Positions 50,960-57,581 of a stretch of 64,000 bases of DNA are shown here, in pieces. Location of the stretch: assembly GCA_041640655.1 (NCBI GenBank), contig JBEPZV010000007.1, forward strand, positions 19,151-83,150, given 5' to 3'. The notes beneath the pieces are model-generated. The model was not told where the DNA came from and searched no databases. It worked only from the letters and a program-made list of their open reading frames with translations. Numbering within the stretch: position 1 is the stretch's first letter; each line of letters opens with the position of its first letter. Origin of the DNA: a bacterium. Its GTDB lineage: Bacteria > Acidobacteriota > Blastocatellia > HR10. The position numbers and the translations under genes were made by a program.

Positions 50960-50991
50960 CCCGACACCCTCCTTCTACTTACCGCCTCCAC

Positions 50992-51020
50992 ATTGCACCA
51001 CACACCCCCCTCTCTGTCAA
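50992..51020 (-). promoter_or_regulatory. putative sigma-70 promoter of the triplicated array
   Basis: Minus strand TTGACA-N17-TGCAAT, about 32 nt upstream of ATG 50959. Confidence 0.5.
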
Positions 51021-51220
51021 GGGAAGAGCGAATCGCTCCAAATGGATGATCGCAAAGGGGAAAATCGCGAGCGCGACACTGCGCGCTCTCGTCTGCCGAA
51101 GCACGGGAGCCCTGCGACTTCAATCTTCAGGCCACGGGCGAAGCGTGCCGATGAGAATGCCCCCTCGGCAGGAGAACACCATGCGGTTCGCCGACCATCG
51201 AGGACTTCATGCAGGTGGTC

Positions 51221-51297
51221 TGGCGCGCCCGGGGGGACTCGAACCCCCAACCCTTGGATCCGAAGTCCAATGCTCTATCCAATTGAGCTACGGGCGC
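51221..51297 (-). tRNA. tRNA-Arg(TCG)
   Basis: Reverse complement GCGCCCGTAGCTCAATTGGATAGAGCA-TTGGA-CT-TCG-GA-TCCAA-GGGTTGGGGGTTCGAGTCCCCCCGGGCGCGCCA. Confidence 0.97.
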
Positions 51298-51566
51298 ATC
51301 GGCGAGTGTAGAAGAATATCACACCGCTCTCCCTCCGTCTAGAGTCACCACGAACAGAACTTGAGCGAACTCGCGCGAGGATCAAAGTGCAATCCGGCAC
51401 CGCACCGAAGATGAGCGCATCGAAGCAGCCCTCCGCTTGCAAGAGCGCCTGCACAAGCTGGCGTTCGGATCAGGCGAGCCTCAAGCGGCATTCCCTCCCT
51501 CCTCGCACAATCGGACGCGTGGAAATCTCGCCCGGAGCGATCCGAAAGCGAGACTATCTGAGAGAT

Positions 51567-51717
51567 CGCCATTCCACACAAAGCCCACGTGAGCGGGCGT
51601 GCGAACGTAGCCCGGGGCGAGCCGCAGGCGAGCCCTTTTGGGAAACCGCCATTCCGCATCAAGCCTGCGAAGCAGGCGTGCGAATCTCGCCCGGGGCGAG
51701 CGCGCGCGAGCCCTAGG
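51567..51717 (+). repeat. two tandem ~80-bp REP-like palindromic units
   Basis: CGCCATTCC...AAGCC..CG..GC.GGCGTGCGAA....GCCCGGGGCGAGC...GCGAGCCC starts at 51567 and again at 51647. It is the reverse complement of the units at 57385-57414. Confidence 0.75.
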
Positions 51718-51785
51718 ACCCGAAGGGGGCGGCCCATCCGCGCGGTCGCATGCGGCGTTTGTGCGGACGGCGTCACGCTCTGCCT

Positions 51786-51897
51786 CCACATGGGCCGCCC
51801 GCGCGCGCAGGCTTGGGGTGGGGTTTTGGGGCTCCTCCTTCCTAGGGTTCGCTTCGCTCACCCTAGGCCACATTCGGTCGCCCGCACGCGGGCTCGC
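51786..51897 (-). repeat. REP-like palindromic element (left of the WD40/TolC block)
   Basis: CCACATGGGCCGCCCGCG..GGCTTGGGG, hairpin CCTAGGGTTCGCTTCGCTCACCCTAGG (51841-51867), CGCCCGCACGCGGGCT. Confidence 0.8.
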
Positions 51898-51925
51898 GGG
51901 CGGCAAAGGGGGAAACAGCGGGCGC

Positions 51926-54900
51926 TCATTTCGGCTTCACCAGGAAGAGCAGATCGGCGGGGCAGACGTCGGCCTGGCCGGCCTGACGCGCTGCTTCGGG
52001 CACGCTCGTGCCATTGCGCTCCATGACGTTCTCGCTCCCGGTGATCACGCCGGTGAACGGCGCCGTTGGTCCAGACAGCACCTCAAACAGCACCTCCCAC
52101 AGCCGAATCGTTCGATCACTAGACCCCGAGGCCAGAAGCCTCCCATCCGGACTGAAGGCAACGGAGAAGACCCAATTAGTATGCCCGCTGAGGGTGCGCA
52201 CGAGATTGCCCGTCGCTACCTCCCACAGCCGAATTGTTTGATCACTAGACCCCGAGGCCAGAAGCCTCCCATCCGGACTGAAGGCAACAGACTGGACCTG
52301 ACCAGTATACCCGCTGAGGGTGCGCACGAGATTGCCCGTCGCTACCTCCCACAGCCGAATTGTTCCATCATCGGACCCAGAGGCCAGAAGCCTCCCATCC
52401 GGACTGAAGGCAACGGATTCGACCCAAATAGTATGCCCGCTGAGGGTGCGCACGAGATTGCCCGTCGCTACCTCCCACAGCCGAATCGTTCCATCATCGG
52501 ACCCCGAGGCCAGAAGCCTCCCATCAGGACTGAAGGCAACGGAGTTGACCGAACCAGTATGCCCGCTGAGGGTGCGCACGAGATTGCCCGTCGCTACCTC
52601 CCACAGCCGAGTTTGATCACCCCCCGAGGCCAGAAGCCTCCCATCCGGACTGAAGGCAACGGATTCGACCCAACTAGTATGCCCGCTGAGGGTGCGCACG
52701 AGATTGCCCGTCGCTACCTCCCACAGCCGAATTGTTTGATCACTAGACCCCGAGGCCAGAAGCCTCCCATCCGGACTGAAGGCAACAGACCGGACCAAAC
52801 CAGTATGCCCGCTGAGGGTGCGCACGAGATTGCCCGTCGCTACCTCCCACAGCCGAATCGTTCCATCATCGGACCCCGAGGCCAGAAGCCTCCCATCCGG
52901 ACTGAAGGCAACAGACCAGACCGGACCAGTATGCCCGCTGAGGGTGCCCGTGAGAAGGCAAGGGGGTTGAGGGAGGAAGACTCCCCAGAGCGCATGGTCG
53001 CTGATCGTGTTGCCTTCCAGGATGAGCGTGGCCGAATCCCGGACGAGCACGCCGGCCAAACCGCCGCTCATGCGCATCCGCTGGAGCCGGGCGCGCGCCC
53101 GCCCACTCACCCTCACGTTGAGTCCCTTGCTTGTGACTTCCGTCCCCTCCATCACAAGCTGCGCGTTCTCCCCGATCTCCAAGCCGATGGGTCCTCCCTG
53201 GATCGCGCCGTCCATAGCCGTCACTCGAACCGTCCCCCTCAGGGAGAGTCCGACTTCGGCTCCCACGAACTCCGAACCCGCGAGATCGAGCGCCAGCTCC
53301 GCCGACGCCGCAAGCCGCAGGGCCGTTCTGCCCGCTGTGATCCCTACATTGGTTATGGCGAGCGAGCCCGAGGAAGAAAAGATCACTCCATCGCCCGCAG
53401 CTTCAAGATTCACACCGGTGAGGGCCAAATCTCCCGAACTCGAGAATGCCAAACCGGTGCCACCGGTGGCTGCGATCGTCGAATTCCTGATAACGGCCGC
53501 AGCCGATCCGGTAAACGTCAACCCCTCTCCTCCGACGAACTCGGCGCGAACGGCCGTGAGCTGGGCCTGGTCGCGGGCACGCACGGTCGGGCCGAAGGCA
53601 CTGCTCAAGCGAATCGAAGCCATTTCCGCGCCTTCGAGGGAGACGCGGGCCGAGCCGGCCAACTCGAGCGCCGGCATAGCGCCGAGATTTTCAACCACTG
53701 CTCTGGCTACCGTCAGTGAACCGCTTTGGACCGAGACCGTGGCTGCCGTCGTGCCGGATTGCGTCGTGAGTCTCATGGCCTCCACGCGCATGTGAAGGCC
53801 TTCGCCCTGAACGATGAGCACGGGTCGGCTCGGATCCTGCCCCCGCAGGAGCGTCTGAGGCCCGACGCCCCGGAGCGTCATAGGCTTGTCGAGCACCAGA
53901 TTCACGTTGTAGATCCCGGAGCTGATGGCGATGACATCACCCGGTTGAGCCGCTCTGACGGCGTCTTCCACGCTGGAGAAGTCCTGAGGCACGCGCAACG
54001 TATCCGAACGCGCTTCCACGACGAGTTGTTGCTCGGTGGAAGCCGTCATGCCAAAGGCATCCGTTACGGTCAGGCGCACGGTGTAGCGCCCTTCGGAGGT
54101 ATAGGCGTGCTGAACGATCGGTTGAGTGGTCTCTCGTTCGGTCCCATCGCCGAAATTCCAGGCGTAGCGAGTGAGCGTCCCATTCGGGCTAGAGGAGGTC
54201 GAGGCGTCGAACGTTACCCGTTGGGTAGGACGGGGATTTTGCGGCCTGAAGGTGAATTGAGCCGAGGGAGGTTGGAGTCGAAGATATTCGATTTGCGCCG
54301 AGAACTGCCCGACATTACCCGCGCGATCGCGCACCTGGGCGGAGACCGTCTTGCGACCGGGATTGCCATTGCCGCCGAATTGTGAGAGGTCCCAGTTGGT
54401 CTTCTCTGCGGCGAACGGTTCCCAGGGCGACCAGGTCTGCCCGTCGTTGGAGAAGCGCATGTCGGCCACGCCGCTCGTGGCATCCTGAACCTGAAGCGTG
54501 AGGGTGACGCGAAGCTCCGTCGTCTGCTGCGCTCCCTGATTGATGAGCAGCGTGCCCGAAGGCGGCGTTCGGTCAAAACGGAGCGTGCCGCGCGCGGCAT
54601 TCAGATGGCTTCTGTTCCCCATCCCGTCCTCGAGCCAGACGAAGATGGACCGCTCCCCTTCGGGCGGGTTCTCGACGATGAGCGGCTTTTGGGCGATCTC
54701 GCGACGCGTCCCGTCGGTAGCACTTGTGGGCGCCGTGCTCAGCTTGAAGAAGTAAGCGGCGATCCCCGCCAGGTCCACGGGATCCTCCCAGGTGATCTCG
54801 AACCGCCCTTGATTGGTCCAGTCGGCCGGCGTGACCGTGAGATTCTGCGGCGGTGGAGGAGGCGTTTGGTCCAAAAGGCCCGTGCGGTTTTGCGCGCTGC

Positions 54901-55591
54901 CGCAGAGGTTTTGCCCGTTGGCGAAGATGGCATTGTTGGAGCCGAGCAATTGGGAGCGATCGTCGGCCCTCACTCCACACCCGGAATTATTCGCGATTAC
55001 ATTTTCCCGCAGCTCGATCCGATCGGCGTCCAAGACCTCCACACCATCCCGATTCTCACGGATCCGGTTCCCGATGAGACGAAAAGCGCCTCGCGATCCG
55101 ATGAAGATGCCGATGGTATTGGCACGGATCAGACAACTGCGCGCCTCCCCCATTTGAGCGGCTTCGACAAAGAGCCCTTCCCCCTGGTTCCCCCACACGA
55201 TGAGATTTGAGAGCGTGGAATTGTTCCCCCGGTTCTCGATCTGAATCCCGCGCGCGCCCCCAGTGATGGTGAGACTGCTCAACCGCACATCCGATTCGCG
55301 CACGCGAATAACCGGCTCATCCGAAAATTGCGCTTGAAGGATGACCTTCTCCGGAGCCTCCCCCCGAAGGACGAGGCCCTGCTTCGCGATGGTCAGATTC
55401 TCCGCGTACGTCCCCGCCTGGATGAGGATCGTATCGCCGGGGCTGGCCCGGTTGATGGCCTCTTGGATAGAACTGAACGGGCAGCCTTGTGGACATACGA
55501 CGAGCGTTTCCGCTCGCGCGCCGGAGCCGCCCCAGAGAAGCCCCAGGAGCATGAGGCCCAGGGTCATGAGCGATAAGGGCCGACGTCCCAT
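51926..55591 (-). CDS. large secreted protein: right-handed beta-helix, Ig-like domains, PKD, second beta-helix, 7-bladed WD40 propeller (1221 aa)
   Basis: AAGGAGG SD, signal peptide, SIQEAINRASPGDTILIQAGTY (pectin-lyase-like start, recurring at VPQDFSSVEDAVRAAQPGD), PKD motif FDASTS..YAWNFGDG..HAYTSEGRYTVRLTVTD, seven GH..WE repeats. Confidence 0.92.
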   Translation of the reverse strand: MGRRPLSLMTLGLMLLGLLWGGSGARAETLVVCPQGCPFSSIQEAINRASPGDTILIQAGTYAENLTIAKQGLVLRGEAPEKVILQAQFSDEPVIRVRESDVRLSSLTITGGARGIQIENRGNNSTLSNLIVWGNQGEGLFVEAAQMGEARSCLIRANTIGIFIGSRGAFRLIGNRIRENRDGVEVLDADRIELRENVIANNSGCGVRADDRSQLLGSNNAIFANGQNLCGSAQNRTGLLDQTPPPPPQNLTVTPADWTNQGRFEITWEDPVDLAGIAAYFFKLSTAPTSATDGTRREIAQKPLIVENPPEGERSIFVWLEDGMGNRSHLNAARGTLRFDRTPPSGTLLINQGAQQTTELRVTLTLQVQDATSGVADMRFSNDGQTWSPWEPFAAEKTNWDLSQFGGNGNPGRKTVSAQVRDRAGNVGQFSAQIEYLRLQPPSAQFTFRPQNPRPTQRVTFDASTSSSPNGTLTRYAWNFGDGTERETTQPIVQHAYTSEGRYTVRLTVTDAFGMTASTEQQLVVEARSDTLRVPQDFSSVEDAVRAAQPGDVIAISSGIYNVNLVLDKPMTLRGVGPQTLLRGQDPSRPVLIVQGEGLHMRVEAMRLTTQSGTTAATVSVQSGSLTVARAVVENLGAMPALELAGSARVSLEGAEMASIRLSSAFGPTVRARDQAQLTAVRAEFVGGEGLTFTGSAAAVIRNSTIAATGGTGLAFSSSGDLALTGVNLEAAGDGVIFSSSGSLAITNVGITAGRTALRLAASAELALDLAGSEFVGAEVGLSLRGTVRVTAMDGAIQGGPIGLEIGENAQLVMEGTEVTSKGLNVRVSGRARARLQRMRMSGGLAGVLVRDSATLILEGNTISDHALWGVFLPQPPCLLTGTLSGHTGPVWSVAFSPDGRLLASGSDDGTIRLWEVATGNLVRTLSGHTGLVRSVAFSPDGRLLASGSSDQTIRLWEVATGNLVRTLSGHTSWVESVAFSPDGRLLASGGDQTRLWEVATGNLVRTLSGHTGSVNSVAFSPDGRLLASGSDDGTIRLWEVATGNLVRTLSGHTIWVESVAFSPDGRLLASGSDDGTIRLWEVATGNLVRTLSGYTGQVQSVAFSPDGRLLASGSSDQTIRLWEVATGNLVRTLSGHTNWVFSVAFSPDGRLLASGSSDRTIRLWEVLFEVLSGPTAPFTGVITGSENVMERNGTSVPEAARQAGQADVCPADLLFLVKPK
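52091..52945 (-). repeat. seven near-identical 126-bp WD40-coding repeats (one is 120 bp)
   Basis: Unit TLSGHTxxVxSVAFSPDGRLLASGSxDxTIRLWEVATGNLVR. DNA is almost invariant outside two short patches. Confidence 0.95.
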
Positions 55592-55660
55592 TGGAACCTC
55601 CTTTCCGCTCCGGGCGTCCGGCTTTCGCACCTCCTGAAGCCGCGACAACCTGCGGCACAT

Positions 55661-55689
55661 AGTATGAACCGATGCTTCTATGCTGTCAA
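55661..55689 (-). promoter_or_regulatory. putative sigma-70 promoter of the WD40/beta-helix gene
   Basis: Minus strand TTGACA-N17-CATACT. Confidence 0.55.
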
Positions 55690-55755
55690 GCGGAATTTCG
55701 CGCCCCGCCGGGAGCCAGAAGGGAAGCGTTTCACCCGCTATTACCCCGTATGGAC

Positions 55756-57120
55756 TCACCGCAAGAGCTGGCGGATGGTGCCCATGGCGAGGGTCAGGTC
55801 CAGGCGCGCGAGGTTGTAAGCGTAGAGAGCGGCCAGGTAGTTCTCGCGCGCGCGTTCCAGGCGCGTCTGCGCGTCGGTGACCTCCAGGCTGGTGGTCACG
55901 CCGGCTTCGTACCGATGGCGCGCTTGCTGGAGTTCGCGCTCGGCGAGCTTCATCCCCTCTTCGGCGACTCGGATTTGTTCTTCGGCCGAGCGCAGCCCGT
56001 CCAGTGCCGTGCGAACCTCCAGCTCAATCTGCCGCCGAAGGTCCTCCGTCCGCACGTGCTCCTGCATCCACACGGCATGGGCATCTGCGCGGCGCGCCTC
56101 GCGCCGACCACCGTCAAAGAGCGGCAGGCGCAGGACCACTCCGTACGTGCGTGTGGGAACGGTGTGAGCAGCGCTCGATCCGATGGTCCCATAGTCGGCG
56201 AATCCGACGAGCGAAGGCAGCCGCTCCCACTTCGCCGCGCTGTAGGCGAGTTGTGCGGCCTCCTCACGCTCACGCTGCGCCGCATAGTCGGCGCGCGAGC
56301 GCCAGGCGATGGCCAAGGCTTCTTCCACCGTGGGGACCTCCATTGGCGCGTAGGAGAGCGTATCCGTGAGCTGGAGTTCCGCGTCCAACTCGAGCCCCAG
56401 GGCCTTGAGGAGTTCCAGATGCGCTCGCCGACGTTCGTTCTCGGCGATCAGAAGCCGCTGCCGCTCGTTCATGAGCTGCACCTGCGCGCGCGTGACCTCG
56501 ATGCCGATGCCGGTGCCCGCGGCCTTCTGATCCTGGGCGAGCTTGAGGAGCGCTTCCGCCAAAGCGACATTGGCGCGGGCCGTCGCCACGGCGGCATCCG
56601 CTCGAAGCGCGGCCAGGTAGAGACGGGCGACATGACCCGCCACCTGATCCCGCACGCGCTCCAGATCCGTGCGAGCCGCGTTCACGCTCGCCGTGGCGGC
56701 CTGAAGGCGACGTATGAGGCCGAGATCAAAGAGCGTCTGCGTGGCCGTCGCTCGCAGGTCGAACGTCGTGAAGGGACCAACGAACGGACGGAATCCCGGG
56801 ACGGGGATCCGAATGCCCAGCGCTTCGAGATTCACCGTGCGGCTCTGTTGGCCGAGCGAGACCTCCGTTTGCGGAAGCAGTGCAGCGCGCACCTCATTCC
56901 GGCGCGCGTGCGCCTGGCGAAGGTGCTGCTCGGCCAGACGCACGCGCACGTTCCCTTCCGGGGCGAGTGCCAGAGCAACGGCTTCCTTCAGGCTGAGGGA
57001 GAGAACGGGGCGAGCATTCCGATCGGCATGCGGCGCACCCTCTTGCGCAACGCTCGGTGCAGAGATGAGGAGAAGGAGAACCAAAGGCGCATACTTTTGC
57101 CCTGTGTGCGGAAGACGCAT
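55756..57120 (-). CDS. TolC-family outer membrane efflux protein
   Basis: Signal peptide, LSLKEAVALAL, LRLPLFDGG, RYEAGVTTSLEVTDAQTRL, YNLARLDLTLAMG. GGAGG SD. Confidence 0.92.
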   Translation of the reverse strand: MRLPHTGQKYAPLVLLLLISAPSVAQEGAPHADRNARPVLSLSLKEAVALALAPEGNVRVRLAEQHLRQAHARRNEVRAALLPQTEVSLGQQSRTVNLEALGIRIPVPGFRPFVGPFTTFDLRATATQTLFDLGLIRRLQAATASVNAARTDLERVRDQVAGHVARLYLAALRADAAVATARANVALAEALLKLAQDQKAAGTGIGIEVTRAQVQLMNERQRLLIAENERRRAHLELLKALGLELDAELQLTDTLSYAPMEVPTVEEALAIAWRSRADYAAQREREEAAQLAYSAAKWERLPSLVGFADYGTIGSSAAHTVPTRTYGVVLRLPLFDGGRREARRADAHAVWMQEHVRTEDLRRQIELEVRTALDGLRSAEEQIRVAEEGMKLAERELQQARHRYEAGVTTSLEVTDAQTRLERARENYLAALYAYNLARLDLTLAMGTIRQLLR

Positions 57121-57291
57121 CGTATGCCTCCATGAAGATGATCTGTGGGAGACGCAACGTTCACGGCGCGTGACATTTTGTCCGAGGCATGGCCCCGTTG
57201 TCAAAAGGTTAAGCGGTTCAACTCCCTCCCGGAGGAGGCGACCGATCGTGCGGCTGCGCGGTGCTCGTTTGGATGACATCACCGTCCGCAG

Positions 57292-57490
57292 CCACATGGG
57301 CCGCCCGCGTGCGCGGGCTTGGGGGAAATTGTTGGGGGCTCCTCTTCCTAGGGTTCGCTTCGCTCACCCTAGGCTAAATTCGAACGCCCGCTTCGCGGGC
57401 TTGATGTGGAATGGGGTTGGGCTCGCAATGGGGGTTCGCTTCGTTCGCCCCAGGCCGAATGCGGTCGCCCGCGCGTGTGGGCTCGCGAGC
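57292..57490 (-). repeat. REP-like palindromic element (right of the WD40/TolC block), three hairpin units
   Basis: Direct repeat of 51786-51897, including an identical 27-bp CCTAGGGTTCGCTTCGCTCACCCTAGG (57347-57373), plus one extra unit. Confidence 0.8.
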
Positions 57491-57533
57491 GGAGGGGAAT
57501 CGTCTTCGATGGAGTCTGCCGAAGGCGCGTCGC

Positions 57534-57562
57534 TGGACAACGCGCACGCCCTCAAGTAGAGT
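57534..57562 (+). promoter_or_regulatory. putative sigma-70 promoter of the 952-aa sensor/regulator
   Basis: TGGACA-N17-TAGAGT, 19 nt before ATG 57582. Confidence 0.5.
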
Positions 57563-57581
57563 CTCTGCCGGAGATGGGGCG

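Larger units (their letters stand above)
49746..50973. repeat. tandem gene triplication containing nested 33-bp repeats
   Basis: Three near-identical gene units separated by near-identical 40-bp spacers (50157-50196 and 50542-50581). Confidence 0.95.

Noticed and set aside
49746..51297. Prophage or integrative element at tRNA-Arg(TCG)
   Set aside because: No integrase, phage genes or duplicated tRNA 3' end found.
52091..52945. CRISPR array or diversity-generating retroelement
   Set aside because: The repeats are in-frame protein-coding units without unique spacers. No cas gene, reverse transcriptase or template repeat is in the window. A remote retroelement cannot be excluded from this window alone.
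51638..53719. 693-aa repetitive plus-strand ORF
   Set aside because: Antisense reading of the WD40 repeats.
51567..57490. Integron attC cassette array
   Set aside because: The palindromes lack clear RYYYAAC/GTTRRRY core sites, the genes carry their own promoter-like sequences, and no integrase is seen.
57411..57581. N-terminal extension of the sensor-regulator and other ORFs across the REP-like elements
   Set aside because: These translate repeat sequence. A promoter-like sequence and a signal peptide support the start at 57582.
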